Below, piece after piece: positions 22,834 to 38,013 of a stretch of 64,000 nt of DNA. Origin of the DNA: Eledone cirrhosa (lineage: Eukaryota). The DNA lies in NCBI GenBank assembly GCA_964016885.1, contig OZ024743.1, forward strand, positions 92,566,001 through 92,630,000. The letters run 5' to 3'. Below the pieces are notes generated by a model. It did no database searches. It was not told the DNA's origin and saw nothing but the letters and a program-made list of their open reading frames with translations. Positions within the stretch are counted from its first letter, which is position 1, and the number at the start of each line of letters is the position of its first letter. Position numbers and translations under genes: made by a program.

Positions 22834-24093
22834 TTATTTTTTTAAAAAATTAATTTCTTTTCGGAGCTGTTTATTTTTTACTTGGGTGAGCGCTTAGGAA
22901 ACCGAGCTGCTGTAAACATTTCCCTTTTTCTTTCTTTAGTTAGTTTGATTTGCAAGCTTTTCTCTCCAGTGTCTGTTAGTTTCAAAATAATTATGCACGC
23001 AAACTTTTTCCTTTCTTTCAACTCTACCCTTCGCATACACACTACTGCAAACGTCTTATAGGCTACCGACTGCAAAAACAGAGTTTGTTGATAATTTCAG
23101 ATATTTCAAAGTTTTATTCCGTCCGCCTTCGGAAGTAGTGAGCCTGCTATATACGCTAGAAAATATTTATTGAACAAAGATTTGGCTGCTTTTTCTAGCA
23201 TGTAAAATGAGGGTCCATTTATACCACTTTCCATCCTAATCAGAAACCATCATTTTAACACCGAGATTCAAAGAAAAGCTCCCATCACAACTGCTATCAC
23301 TTTCGCATTTCCCTCTGAAAATATTAAGTCGAAACGAAAGAAAGTATTGAGCCAACACTAAGTGTGTCTATCGGTCACATAACGGGTTCCGGAGCCTACC
23401 TCTAATAGCTTTTGACACTAGAAAACACACTGGCAACCTTACTGCGGATGATAGCGAGTCTAAGAAGCTGATACAACCAAGCACACTCGCAGTCAGCGTC
23501 TGATACCTCGGTAAGGCGAGTGGCCAACTATGACAAAAAGTTCGTTGTTAGTGGACCAGCTCCTGCAAACGTCTTAGAAGCTACAGGCTGGAAAAACAGA
23601 GTTTGTTGATAATTTCCGATGTTTCAAAGTTATATTCCGTCCGCCTTCGGAAGTAGTGAGCCTGCTATATACTCTAGAAAATATTTATTGAACAAAGATT
23701 TGGCTGCTTTTTCTAGCATGTAAAATGAGCACATTTCTTTAGAGCCGTTCGAATCGAAGATGATGGACATGTGTAATAATTAATTCGGAATGGGTATCGT
23801 AGCTAGTTATTTGGCCGAGTTATATAAACAAAAAGAGAACATAAGTTTTAAAGACAGCAATATCGACAACTATGCGATACTCTCGTAGTTAATAACGTGT
23901 GCTAATTTATAAATTAGATGAGATTTATGTAAAAGTTTATTAAGCAACCTAAATTGCTTGAAAATACTATGTTCTATGGTTGAAAGTATGAAAAATGTAA
24001 AACAGAAAATTAAAGTATAAAAATTACTGTAAAAGAAAGGTGTTTAGTGAGTTGTTTTATACAATAAAACTATTAAATTGAGTGTAAGATTTC

Positions 24094-24213
24094 GTTTACG
24101 GCCATATCCCGCTGAAAACACCGGTTCTCGTCCGATCACCGAAGTTAAGCAACGTCGAGCCTAGTTAGTACTTGGATGGGTGACCGCTTGGGAACCCTAG
24201 GTGCCGTAAGCGT
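24094..24213 (+). rRNA. 5S rRNA: 5S rRNA (unit 18)
   Basis: Same as unit 1 gene. Confidence 0.96.
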
Positions 24214-25473
24214 TTATTTTTTTAAAAAATTAATTTCTTTTCAGAGCTGTTTATTTTTTACTTGGGTGAGCGCTTAGGAAACCGAGCTGCTGTAAACATT
24301 TCCCTTTTTCTTTCTTTAGTTAGTTTGATTTGCAAGCTTTTCTCTCCAGTGTCTGTTAGTTTCAAAATAATTATGCACGCAAACTTTTTCCTTTCTTTCA
24401 ACTCTACCCTTCGCATACACACTACTGCAAACGTCTTATAGGCTACCGACTGCAAAAACAGAGTTTGTTGATAATTTCAGATATTTCAAACTTATATTCC
24501 GTCCGCCTTCGGAAGTAGTGAGCCTGCTATATACGCTAGAAAATATTTATTGAACAAAGATTTGGCTGCTTTTTCTAGCATGTAAAATGAGGGTCCATTT
24601 ATACCACTTTCCATCCTAATAAGAAACCATCATTTTAACACCGAGATTCAAAGAAAAGCTCCCATCACAACTGCTATCACTTTCGCATTTCCCTCTGAAA
24701 ATATTAAATCGAAACGAAAGAAAGTATTGAGCCAACACTAAGTGTGTCGATCGGTCACATAACGGGTTCCGGAGCCTACCTGTAATAGCTTTTGATACTA
24801 GAAAACACACTGGCAACCTTACTGCGGATGATAGCGAGTCTAAGAAGCTGATACAACCAAGCAGACTCGCAGTCAGCGTCTGATACCTCGGTAAGGCGAG
24901 TGGCCAACTATGACAAAAAGTTCGTTGTTAGTGGACCAGCTCCTGCAAACGTCTTAGAAGCTACAGGCTGGAAAAACATAGTTTGTTGATAATTTCCGAT
25001 GTTTCAAAGTTATATTCCGTCCGCCTTCGGAAGTAGTGAGCCTGCTATATACTCTAGAAAATATTTATTGAACAAAGATTTGGCTGCTTTTTCTAGCATG
25101 TAAAATGAGCACATTTCTTTAGAGCCGTTCGAATCGAAGATGATGGACATGTGTAATAATTAATTCGGAATGGGTATCGTAGCTAGTTATTTGGCCGAGT
25201 TATATAAACAAAAAGAGAACATAAGTTTTAAAGACAGCAATATCGACAACTATGCGATACTCTCGTAGTTAATAACGTGTGCTAATTTATAAATTAGATG
25301 AGATTTATGTAAAAGTTTATTAAGCAACCTAAATTGCTTGCAAATACTATGTTCTATGGTTGAAAGTATGAAAAATGTAAAACAGAAAATTAAAGTATAA
25401 AAATTACTGTAAAAGAAAGGTGTTTAGTGAGTTGTTTTATACAATAAAACTATTAAATTGAGTGTAAGATTTC

Positions 25474-25593
25474 GTTTACGGCCATATCCCGCTGAAAACA
25501 CCGGTTCTCGTCCGATCACCGAAGTTAAGCAACGTCGAGCCTAGTTAGTACTTGGATGGGTGACCGCTTGGGAACCCTAGGTGCCGTAAGCGT
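25474..25593 (+). rRNA. 5S rRNA: 5S rRNA (unit 19)
   Basis: Same as unit 1 gene. Confidence 0.96.
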
Positions 25594-26853
25594 TTATTTT
25601 TTTAAAAAGTTAATTTCTTTTCAGAGCTGTTTATTTTTTACTTGGGTGAGCGCTTAGGAAACCGAGCTGCTGTAAACATTTCCCTTTTTCTTTCTTTAGT
25701 TAGTTTGATTTGCAAGCTTTTCTCTCCAGTGTCTGTTAGTTTCAAAATAATTATGCACGCAAACTTTTTCCTTTCTTTCAACTCTACCCTTCGCATACAC
25801 ACTACTGCAAACGTCTTATAGGCTACCGACTGCAAAAACAGAGTTTGTTGATAATTTCAGATATTTCAAACTTTTATTCCGTCTGCCTTCGGAAGTAGTG
25901 AGCCTGCTATATACGCTAGAAAATATTTATTGAACAAAGATTTGGCTGCTTTTTCTAGCATGTAAAATGAGGGTCCATTTCTACCACTTTCCATCCTAAT
26001 CAGAAACCATCAAGTTAACACCGAGATTCAAAGAAAAGCTCCCATCACAACTGCTATCACTTTCGCATTTCCCTCTGAAAATATTAAATCGAAACGAAAG
26101 AAAGTATTGAGCCAACACTAAGTGTGTCGATCGGTCACATAACGGGTTCCGGAGCCTACCTGTAATAGCTTTTGATACTAGAAAACACACTGGCAACCTT
26201 ACTGCGGATGATAGCGAGTCTAAGAAGCTGATACAACCAAGCAGACTCGCAGTCAGCGTCTGATACCTCGGTAAGGCGAGTGGCCAACTATGACAAAAAG
26301 TTCGTTGTTAGTGGACCAGCTCCTGCAAACGTCTTAGAAGCTACAGGCTGGAAAAACATAGTTTGTTGATAATTTCCGATGTTTCAAAGTTATATTCCGT
26401 CCGCCTTCGGAAGTAGTGAGCCTGCTATATACTCTAGAAAATATTTATTGAACAAAGATTTGGCTGCTTTTTCTAGCATGTAAAATGAGCACATTTCTTT
26501 AGAGCCGTTCGAATCGAACATGATGGACATGTGTAATAATTAATTCGGAATGGGTATCGTAGCTAGTTATTTGGCCGAGTTATATAAACAAAAAGAGAAC
26601 ATAAGTTTTAAAGACAGCAATATCGACAACTATGCGATACTCTCGTAGTTAATAACGTGTGCTAATTTAAAAGTTAGATGAGATTTATGTAAAAGTTTAT
26701 TAAGCAACATAAATTGCTTGAAAATACTATGTTCTATGGATGAAAGTATGAAAAATGTAAAATAGAAAATTAAAGTATAAAAATTACTGTAAAAGAAAGG
26801 TATTTAGTGAGTTGTTTTATACAATAAAACTATTAAATTGAGTGTAAGCTTTC

Positions 26854-26973
26854 GTTTACGGCCATATCCCGCTGAAAACACCGGTTCTCGTCCGATCACC
26901 GAAGTTAAGCAACGTCGAGCCTAGTTAGTACTTGGATGGGTGACCGCTTGGGAACCCTAGGTGCCGTAAGCGT
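26854..26973 (+). rRNA. 5S rRNA: 5S rRNA (unit 20)
   Basis: Same as unit 1 gene. Confidence 0.96.
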
Positions 26974-28233
26974 TTATTTTTTTAAAAAGTTAATTTCTTT
27001 TCAGAGCTATTTATTTTTTAGTTCGGTGGCCGCTTAGGAAACCGAGCTGCTGTAAACATTTCCCTTTTTCTTTCTTTAGTTAGTTTGATTTGCAAGCTTT
27101 TCTCTCCAGTGTCTGTTAGTTTCAAAATAATTATGCACGCAAACTTTTTCCTTTCTTTCAACTCTACCCTTCGCATACACACTACTGCAAACGTCTTATA
27201 GGCTACCGACTGCAAAAACAGAGTTTGTTGATAATTTCAGATATTTCGAACTTTTATTCCGTCCGCCTTCGGAAGTAGTGAGCCTGCTATATACGCTAGA
27301 AAATATTTATTGAACAAAGATTTGGCTGCTTTTTCTAGCATGTAAAATGAGGGTCCATTTATACCACTTTCCATCCTAATCAGAAACCATCATTTTAACA
27401 CCGAGATTCAAAGAAAAGCTCCCATCACAACTGCTATCACTTTCGCATTTCCCTCTGAAAATATTAAATCGAAACGAAAGAAAGTATTGAGCCAACACTA
27501 AGTGTGTCGATCGGTCACATAACGGGTTCCGGAGCCTACCTGTAATAGCTTTTGATACTAGAAAACACACTGGCAACCTTACTGCGGATGATAGCGAGTC
27601 TAAGAAGCTGATACAACCAAGCAGACTCGCAGTCAGCGTCTGATACCTCGGTAAGGCGAGTGGCCAACTATGACAAAAAGTTCGTTGTTAGTGGACCAGC
27701 TCCTGCAAACGTCTTAGAAGCTACAGGCTGGAAAAACAGAGTTTGTTGATAATTTCCGATGTTTCAAAGTTATATTCCGTCCGCCTTCGGAAGTAGTGAG
27801 CCTGCTATATACTCTAGAAAATATTTATTGAACAAAGATTTGGCTGCTTTTTCTAGCATGTAAAATGAGCACATTTCTTTAGAGCCGTTCGAATCGAAGA
27901 TGATGGACATGTGTAATAATTAATTCGGAATGGGTATCGTAGCTAGTTATTTGGCCGAGTTATATAAACAAAAAGAGAACATAAGTTTTAAAGACAGCAA
28001 TATCGACAACTATGCGATACTCTCGTAGTTAATAACGTGTGCTAATTTATAAATTAGATGAGATTTATGTAAAAGTTTATTAAGCAACCTAAATTGCTTG
28101 AAAATACTATGTTCTATGGTTGAAAGTATGAAAAATGTAAAACAGAAAATTAAAGTATAAAAATTACTGTAAAAGAAAGGTGTTTAGTGAGTTGTTTTAT
28201 ACAATAAAACTATTAAATTGAGTGTAAGATTTC

Positions 28234-28353
28234 GTTTACGGCCATATCCCGCTGAAAACACCGGTTCTCGTCCGATCACCGAAGTTAAGCAACGTCGAGC
28301 CTAGTTAGTACTTGGATGGGTGACCGCTTGGGAACCCTAGGTGCCGTAAGCGT
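28234..28353 (+). rRNA. 5S rRNA: 5S rRNA (unit 21)
   Basis: Same as unit 1 gene. Confidence 0.96.
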
Positions 28354-29613
28354 TTATTTTTTTAAAAAGTTAATTTCTTTTCAGAGCTATTTATTTTTTA
28401 GTTCGGTGGCCGCTTAGGAAACCGAGCTGCTGTAAACATTTCCCTTTTTCTTTCTTTAGTTAGTTTGATTTGCAAGCTTTTCTCTCCAGTGTCTGTTAGT
28501 TTCAAAATAATTATGCACGCAAACTTTTTCCTTTCTTTCAACTCTACCCTTCGCATACACACTACTGCAAACGTCTTATAGGCTACCGACTGCAAAAACA
28601 GAGTTTGTTGATAATTTCAGATATTTCGAACTTTTATTCCGTCCGCCTTCGGAAGTAGTGAGCCTGCTATATACGCTAGAAAATATTTATTGAACAAAGA
28701 TTTGGCTGCTTTTTCTAGCATGTAAAATGAGGGTCCATTTATACCACTTTCCATCCTAATCAGAAACCATCATTTTAACACCGAGATTCAAAGGAAAGCT
28801 CCCATCACAACTGCTATCACTTTCGCATTTCCCTCTGAAAATATTAAATCGAAACGAAAGAAAGTATTGAGCCAACACTAAGTGTGTCGATCGGTCACAT
28901 AACGGGTTCCGGAGCCTACCTGTAATAGCTTTTGATACTAGAAAACACACTGGCAACCTTACTGCGGATGATAGCGAGTCTAAGAAGCTGATACAACCAA
29001 GCAGACTCGCAGTCAGCGTCTGATACCTCGGTAAGGCGAGTGGCCAACTATGACAAAAAGTTCGTTGTTAGTGGACCAGCTCCTGCAAACGTCTTAGAAG
29101 CTACAGGCTGGAAAAACAGAGTTTGTTGATAATTTCCGATGTTTCAAAGTTATATTCCGTCCGCCTTCGGAAGTAGTGAGCCTGCTATATACTCTAGAAA
29201 ATATTTATTGAACAAAGATTTGGCTGCTTTTTCTAGCATGTAAAATGAGCACATTTCTTTAGAGCCGTTCGAATCGAAGATGATGGACATGTGTAATAAT
29301 TAATTCGGAATGGGTATCGTAGCTAGTTATTTGGCCGAGTTATATAAACAAAAAGAGAACATAAGTTTTAAAGACATCAATATCGACAACTATGCGATAC
29401 TCTCGTAGTTAATAACGTGTGCTAATTTAAAAGTTAGATGAGATTTATGTAAAAGTTTATTAAGCAACCTAAATTGCTTGAAAATACTATGTTCTATGGT
29501 TGAAAGTATGAAAAATGTAAAATAGAAAATTAAAGTATAAAAATTACTGTAAAAGAAAGGTATTTAGTGAGTTGTTTTATACAATAAAACTATTAAATTG
29601 AGTGTAAGCTTTC

Positions 29614-29733
29614 GTTTACGGCCATATCCCGCTGAAAACACCGGTTCTCGTCCGATCACCGAAGTTAAGCAACGTCGAGCCTAGTTAGTACTTGGATGGG
29701 TGACCGCTTGGGAACCCTAGGTGCCGTAAGCGT
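29614..29733 (+). rRNA. 5S rRNA: 5S rRNA (unit 22)
   Basis: Same as unit 1 gene. Confidence 0.96.
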
Positions 29734-30993
29734 TTATTTTTTTAAAAAATTAATTTCTTTTCAGAGCTGTTTATTTTTTACTTGGGTGAGCGCTTAGGAA
29801 ACCGAGCTGCTGTAAACATTTCCCTTTTTCTTTCTTTAGTTAGTTTGATTTGCAAGCTTTTCTCTCCAGTGTTTGTTAGTTTCAAAATAATTATGCACGC
29901 AAACTTTTTCCTTTCTTTCAACTCTACCCTTCGCATACACACTACTGCAAACGTCTTATAGGCTACCGACTGCAAAAACAGAGTTTGTTGATAATTTCAG
30001 ATATTTCAAAGTTTTATTCCGTCCGCCTTCGGAAGTAGTGAGCCTGCTATATACGCTAGAAAATATTTATTGAACAAAGATTTGGCTGCTTTTTCTAGCA
30101 TATAAAATGAGGGTCCATTTATACCACTTTCCATCATAATCAGAAACCATCATTTTAACACCGAGATTCAAAGAAAAGCTCCCATCACAACTGCTATCAC
30201 TTTCGCATTTCCCTCTGAAAATATTAAATCGAAACGAAAGAAAGTATTGAGCCAACACTAAGTGTGTCGATCGGTCACATAACGGGTTCCGGAGCCTACC
30301 TGTAATAGCTTTTGATACTAGAAAACACACTGGCAACCTTACTGCGGATGATAGCGAGTCTAAGAAGCTGATACAACCAAGCAGACTCGCAGTCAGCGTC
30401 TGATACCTCGGTAAGGCGAGTGGCCAACTATGACAAACAGTTCGTTGTTAGTGGACCAGCTCCTGCAAACGTCTTAGAAGCTACAGGCTGGAAAAACATA
30501 GTTTGTTGATAATTTCCGATGTTTCCAAGTTATATTCCGTCCGCCTTCGGAAGTAGTGAGCCTGCTATATACTCTAGAAAATATTTATTGAACAAAGATT
30601 TGGCTGCTTTTTCTAGCATGTAAAATGAGCACATTTCTTTAGAGCCGTTCGAATCGAAGATGATGGACATGTGTAATAATTAATTCGGAATGGGTATCGT
30701 AGCTAGTTATTTGGCCGAGTTATATAAACAAAAAGAGAACATAAGTTTTAAAGACAGCAATATCGACAACTATGCGATACTCTCGTAGTTAATAACGTGT
30801 GCTAATTTATAAATTAGATGAGATTTATGTAAAAGTTTATTAAGCAACCTAAATTGCTTGAAAATACTATGTTCTATGGTTGAAAGTATGAAAAATGTAA
30901 AACAGAAAATTAAAGTATAAAAATTACTGTAAAAGAAAGGTGTTTAGTGAGTTGTTTTATACAATAAAACTATTAAATTGAGTGTAAGATTTC

Positions 30994-31113
30994 GTTTACG
31001 GCCATATCCCGCTGAAAACACCGGTTCTCGTCCGATCACCGAAGTTAAGCAACGTCGAGCCTAGTTAGTACTTGGATGGGTGACCGCTTGGGAACCCTAG
31101 GTGCCGTAAGCGT
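30994..31113 (+). rRNA. 5S rRNA: 5S rRNA (unit 23)
   Basis: Same as unit 1 gene. Confidence 0.96.
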
Positions 31114-32373
31114 TTATTTTTTTAAAAAGTTAATTTCTTTTCAGAGCTATTTATTTTTTAGTTCGGTGGCCGCTTAGGAAACCGAGCTGCTGTAAACACT
31201 TCCCTTTTTCTTTCTTTAGTTAGTTTGATTTGCAAGCTTTTCTCTCCAGTGTCTGTTAGTTTCAAAATAATTATGCACGCAAACTTTTTCCTTTCTTTCA
31301 ACTCTACCCTTCGCATACACACTACTGCAAACGTCTTATAGGCTACCGACTGCAAAAACAGAGTTTGTTGATAATTTCAGATATTTCGAACTTTTATTCC
31401 GTCCGCCTTCGGAAGTAGTGAGCCTGCTATATACGCTAGAAAATATTTATTGAACAAAGATTTGGCTGCTTTTTCTAGCATGTAAAATGAGGGTCCATTT
31501 ATACCACTTTCCATCCTAATCAGAAACCATCATTTTAACACCGAGATTCAAAGGAAAGCTCCCATCACAACTGCTATCACTTTCGCATTTCCCTCTGAAA
31601 ATATTAAGTCGAAACGAAAGAAAGTATTGAGCCAACACTAAGTGTGTCTATCGGTCACATAACGGGTTCCGGAGCCTACCTCTAATAGCTTTTGACACTA
31701 GAAAACACACTGGCAACCTTACTGCGGATGATAGCGAGTCTAAGAAGCTGATACAACCAAGCACACTCGCAGTCAGCGTCTGATACCTCGGTAAGGCGAG
31801 TGGCCAACTATGACAAAAAGTTCGTTGTTAGTGGACCAGCTCCTGCAAACGTCTTAGAAGCTACAGGCTGGAAAAACAGAGTTTGTTGATAATTTCCGAT
31901 GTTTCAAAGTTATATTCCGTCCGCCTTCGGAAGTAGTGAGCCTGCTATATACTCTAGAAAATATTTATTGAACAAAGATTTGGCTGCTTTTTCTAGCATG
32001 TAAAATGAGCACATTTCTTTAGAGCCGTTCGAATCGAAGATGATGGACATGTGTAATAATTAATTCGGAATGGGTATCGTAGCTAGTTATTTGGCCGAGT
32101 TATATAAACAAAAAGAGAACATAAGTTTTAAAGACAGCAATATCGACAACTATGCGATACTCTCGTAGTTAATAACGTGTGCTAATTTAAAAGTTAGATG
32201 AGATTTATGTAAAAGTTTATTAAGCAACCTAAATTGCTTGAAAATACTATGTTCTATGGTTGAAAGTATGAAAAATGTAAAATAGAAAATTAAAGTATAA
32301 AAATTACTGTAAAGGAAAGGTGTTTAGTGAGTTGTGTTATACAATAAAACTATTAAATTGAGTGTAAGATTTC

Positions 32374-32493
32374 GTTTACGGCCATATCCCGCTGAAAACA
32401 CCGGTTCTCGTCCGATCACCGAAGTTAAGCAACGTCGAGCCTAGTTAGTACTTGGATGGGTGACCGCTTGGGAACCCTAGGTGCCGTAAGCGT
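32374..32493 (+). rRNA. 5S rRNA: 5S rRNA (unit 24)
   Basis: Same as unit 1 gene. Confidence 0.96.
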
Positions 32494-33753
32494 TTATTTT
32501 TTTAAAAAGTTAATTTCTTTTCAGAGCTATTTATTTTTTAGTTCGGTGGCCGCTTAGGAAACCGAGCTGCTGTAAACATTTCCCTTTTTCTTTCTTTAGT
32601 TAGTTTGATTTGCAAGCTTTTCTCTCCAGTGTCTGTTAGTTTCAAAATAATTATGCACGCAAACTTTTTCCTTTCTTTCAACTCTACCCTTCGCATACAC
32701 ACTACTGCAAACGTCTTATAGGCTACCGACTGCAAAAACAGAGTTTGTTGATAATTTCAGATATTTCGAACTTTTATTCCGTCCGCCTTCAGAAGTAGTG
32801 AGCCTGCTATATACGCTAGAAAATATTTATTGAACAAAGACTTGGCTGCTTTTTCTAGCATGTAAAATGAGGGTCCATTTATACCACTTTCCATCCTAAT
32901 CAGAAACCATCATTTTAACACCGAGATTCAAAGGAAAGCTCCCATCACAACTGCTATCACTTTCGCATTTCCCTCTGAAAATATTAAGTCGAAACGAAAG
33001 AAAGTATTGAGCCAACACTAAGTGTGTCTATCGGTCACATAACGGGTTCCGGAGCCTACCTCTAATAGCTTTTGACACTAGAAAACACACTGGCAACCTT
33101 ACTGCGGATGATAGCGAGTCTAAGAAGCTGATACAACCAAGCACACTCGCAGTCAGCGTCTGATACCTCGGTAAGGCGAGTGGCCAACTATGACAAAAAG
33201 TTCGTTGTTAGTGGACCAGCTCCTGCAAACGTCTTAGAAGCTACAGGCTGGAAAAACAGAGTTTGTTGATAATTTCCGATGTTTCAAAGTTATATTCCGT
33301 CCGCCTTCGGAAGTAGTGAGCCTGCTATATACTCTAGAAAATATTTATTGAACAAAGATTTGGCTGCTTTTTCTAGCATGTAAAATGAGCACATTTCTTT
33401 AGAGCCGTTCGAATCGAAGATGATGGACATGTGTAATAATTAATTCGGAATGGGTATCGTAGCTAGTTATTTGGCCGAGTTATATAAACAAAAAGAGAAC
33501 ATAAGTTTTAAAGACAGCAATATCGACAACTATGCGATACTCTCGTAGTTAATAACGTGTGCTAATTTAAAAGTTAGATGAGATTTATGTAAAAGTTTAT
33601 TAAGCAACCTAAATTGCTTGAAAATACTATGTTCTATGGTTGAAAGTATGAAAAATGTAAAATAGAAAATTAAAGTATAAAAATTACTGTAAAGGAAAGG
33701 TGTTTAGTGAGTTGTGTTATACAATAAAACTATTAAATTGAGTGTAAGATTTC

Positions 33754-33873
33754 GTTTACGGCCATATCCCGCTGAAAACACCGGTTCTCGTCCGATCACC
33801 GAAGTTAAGCAACGTCGAGCCTAGTTAGTACTTGGATGGGTGACCGCTTGGGAACCCTAGGTGCCGTAAGCGT
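33754..33873 (+). rRNA. 5S rRNA: 5S rRNA (unit 25)
   Basis: Same as unit 1 gene. Confidence 0.96.
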
Positions 33874-35133
33874 TTATTTTTTTAAAAAGTTAATTTCTTT
33901 TCAGAGCTATTTATTTTTTAGTTCGGTGGCCGCTTAGGAAACCGAGCTGCTGTAAACATTTCCCTTTTTCTTTCTTTAGTTAGTTTGATTTGCAAGCTTT
34001 TCTCTCCAGTGTCTGTTAGTTTCAAAATAATTATGCACGCAAACTTTTTCCTTTCTTTCAACTCTACCCTTCGCATACACACTACTGCAAACGTCTTATA
34101 GGCTACCGACTGCAAAAACAGAGTTTGTTGATAATTTCAGATATTTCGAACTTTTATTCCGTCCGCCTTCAGAAGTAGTGAGCCTGCTATATACGCTAGA
34201 AAATATTTATTGAACAAAGACTTGGCTGCTTTTTCTAGCATGTAAAATGAGGGTCCATTTATACCACTTTCCATCCTAATCAGAAACCATCATTTTAACA
34301 CCGAGATTCAAAGAAAAGCTCCCATCACAACTGCTATCACTTTCGCATTTCCCTCTGAAAATATTAAGTCGAAACGAAAGAAAGTATTGAGCCAACACTA
34401 AGTGTGTCTATCGGTCACATAACGGGTTCCGGAGCCTACCTCTAATAGCTTTTGACACTAGAAAACACACTGGCAACCTTACTGCGGATGATAGCGAGTC
34501 TAAGAAGCTGATACAACCAAGCAGACTCGCAGTCAGCGTCTGATACCTCGGTAAGGCGAGTGGCCAACTATGACAAAAAGTTCGTTGTTAGTGGACCAGC
34601 TCCTGCAAACGTCTTAGAAGCTACAGGCTGGAAAAACATAGTTTGTTGATAATTTCCGATGTTTCAAAGTTATATTCCGTCCGCCTTCGGAAGTAGTGAG
34701 CCTGCTATATACTCTAGAAAATATTTATTGAACAAAGATTTGGCTGCTTTTTCTAGCATGTAAAATGAGCACATTTCTTTAGAGCCGTTCGAATCGAAGA
34801 TGATGGACATGTGTAATAATTAATTCGGAATGGGTATCGTAGCTAGTTATTTGGCCGAGTTATATAAACAAAAAGAGAACATAAGTTTTAAAGACAGCAA
34901 TATCGACAACTATGCGATACTCTCGTAGTTAATAACGTGTGCTAATTTATAAATTAGATGAGATTTATGTAAAAGTTTATTAAGCAACCTAAATTGCTTG
35001 AAAATACTATGTTCTATGGTTGAAAGTATGAAAAATGTAAAACAGAAAATTAAAGTATAAAAATTACTGTAAAAGAAAGGTGTTTAGTGAGTTGTTTTAT
35101 ACAATAAAACTATTAAATTGAGTGTAAGATTTC

Positions 35134-35253
35134 GTTTACGGCCATATCCCGCTGAAAACACCGGTTCTCGTCCGATCACCGAAGTTAAGCAACGTCGACC
35201 CTAGTAAGTACTTGGATGGGTGACCGCTTGGGAACCCTAGGTGCCGTAAGCGT
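35134..35253 (+). rRNA. 5S rRNA: 5S rRNA (unit 26, variant G66C+T73A)
   Basis: As unit 1 except 35199 G>C and 35206 T>A. Confidence 0.92.
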
Positions 35254-36513
35254 TTATTTTTTTAAAAAATTAATTTCTTTTCAGAGCTGTTTATTTTTTA
35301 CTTGGGTGAGCGCTTAGGAAACCGAGCTGCTGTAAACATTTCCCTTTTTCTTTCTTTAGTTAGTTTGATTTGCAAGCTTTTCTCTCCAGTGTCTGTTAGT
35401 TTCAAAATAATTATGCACGCAAACTTTTTCCTTTCTTTCAACTCTACCCTTCGCATACACACTACTGCAAACGTCTTATAGGCTACCGACTGCAAAAACA
35501 GAGTTTGTTGATAATTTCAGATATTTCGAACTTTTATTCCGTCCGCCTTCGGAAGTAGTGAGCCTGCTATATACGCTAGAAAATATTTATTGAACAAAGA
35601 TTTGGCTGCTTTTTCTAGCATGTAAAATGAGGGTCCATTTATACCACTTTCCATCCTAATCAGAAACCATCATTTTAACACCGAGATTCAAAGGAAAGCT
35701 CCCATCACAACTGCTATCACTTTTGCATTTCCCTCTGAAAATATTAAGTCGAAACGAAAGAAAGTATTGAGCCAACACTAAGTGTGTCTATCGGTCACAT
35801 AACGGGTTCCGGAGCCTACCTCTAATAGCTTTTGACACTAGAAAACACACTGGCAACCTTACTGCGGATGATAGCGAGTCTAAGAAGCTGATACAACCAA
35901 GCACACTCGCAGTCAGCGTCTGATACCTCGGTAAGGCGAGTGGCCAACTATGACAAAAAGTTCGTTGTTAGTGGACCAGCTCCTGCAAACGTCTTAGAAG
36001 CTACAGGCTGGAAAAACAGAGTTTGTTGATAATTTCCGATGTTTCAAAGTTATATTCCGTCCGCCTTCGGAAGTAGTGAGCCTGCTATATACTCTAGAAA
36101 ATATTTATTGAACAAAGATTTGGCTGCTTTTTCTAGCATGTAAAATGAGCACATTTCTTTAGAGCCGTTCGAATCGAAGATGATGGACATGTGTAATAAT
36201 TAATTCGGAATGGGTATCGTAGCTAGTTATTTGGCCGAGTTATATAAACAAAAAGAGAACATAAGTTTTAAAGACAGCAATATCGACAACTATGCGATAC
36301 TCTCGTAGTTAATAACGTGTGCTAATTTAAAAGTTAGATGAGATTTATGTAAAAGTTTATTAAGCAACCTAAATTGCTTGAAAATACTATGTTCTATGGT
36401 TGAAAGTATGAAAAATGTAAAATAGAAAATTAAAGTATAAAAATTACTGTAAAGGAAAGGTGTTTAGTGAGTTGTGTTATACAATAAAACTATCAAATTG
36501 AGTGTAAGATTTC

Positions 36514-36633
36514 GTTTACGGCCATATCCCGCTGAAAACACCGGTTCTCGTCCGATCACCGAAGTTAAGCAACGTCGAGCCTAGTTAGTACTTGGATGGG
36601 TGACCGCTTGGGAACCCTAGGTGCCGTAAGCGT
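36514..36633 (+). rRNA. 5S rRNA: 5S rRNA (unit 27)
   Basis: Same as unit 1 gene. Confidence 0.96.
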
Positions 36634-37893
36634 TTATTTTTTTAAAAAGTTAATTTCTTTTCAGAGCTATTTATTTTTTAGTTCGGTGGCCGCTTAGGAA
36701 ACCGAGCTGCTGTAAACATTTCCCTTTTTCTTTCTTTAGTTAGTTTGATTTGCAAGCTTTTCTCTCCAGTGTCTGTTAGTTTCAAAATAATTATGCACGC
36801 AAACTTTTTCCTTTCTTTCAACTCTACCCTTCGCATACACACTACTGCAAACGTCTTATAGGCTACCGACTGCAAAAACAGAGTTTGTTGATAATTTCAG
36901 ATATTTCGAACTTTTATTCCGTCCGCCTTCGGAAGTAGTGAGCCTGCTATATACGCTAGAAAATATTTATTGAACAAAGACTTGGCTGCTTTTTCTAGCA
37001 TGTAAAATGAGGGTCCATTTATACCACTTTCCATCCTAATCAGAAACCATCATTTTAACACCGAGATTCAAAGAAAAGCTCCCATCACAACTGCTATCAC
37101 TTTCGCATTTCCCTCTGAAAATATTAAGTCGAAACGAAAGAAAGTATTGAGCCAACACTAAGTGTGTCTATCGGTCACATAACGGGTTCCGGAGCCTACC
37201 TCTAATAGCTTTTGACACTAGAAAACACACTGGCAACCTTACTGCGGATGATAGCGAGTCTAAGAAGCTGATACAACCAAGCACACTCGCAGTCAGCGTC
37301 TGATACCTCGGTAAGGCGAGTGGCCAACTATGACAAAAAGTTCGTTGTTAGTGGACCAGCTCCTGCAAACGTCTTAGAAGCTACAGGCTGGAAAAACATA
37401 GTTTGTTGATAAATTCCGATGTTTCAAAGTTATATTCCGTCCGCCTTCGGAAGTAGTGAGCCTGCTATATACTCTAGAAAATATTTATTGAACAAAGATT
37501 TGGCTGCTTTTTCTAGCATGTAAAATGAGCACATTTCTTTAGAGCCGTTCGAATCGAAGATGATGGACATGTGTAATAATTAATTCGGAATGGGTATCGT
37601 AGCTAGTTATTTGGCCGAGTTATATAAACAAAAAGAGAACATAAGTTTTAAAGACAGCAATATCGACAACTATGCGATACTCTCGTAGTTAATAACGTGT
37701 GCTAATTTAAAAGTTAGATGAGATTTATGTAAAAGTTTATTAAGCAACCTAAATTGCTTGAAAATACTATGTTCTATGGTTGAAAGTATGAAAAATGTAA
37801 AATAGAAAATTAAAGTATAAAAATTACTGTAAAGGAAAGGTGTTTAGTGAGTTGTGTTATACAATAAAACTATCAAATTGAGTGTAAGATTTC

Positions 37894-38013
37894 GTTTACG
37901 GCCATATCCCGCTGAAAACACCGGTTCTCGTCCGATCACCGAAGTTAAGCAACGTCGAGCCTAGTTAGTACTTGGATGGGTGACCGCTTGGGAACCCTAG
38001 GTGCCGTAAGCGT
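37894..38013 (+). rRNA. 5S rRNA: 5S rRNA (unit 28)
   Basis: Same as unit 1 gene. Confidence 0.96.
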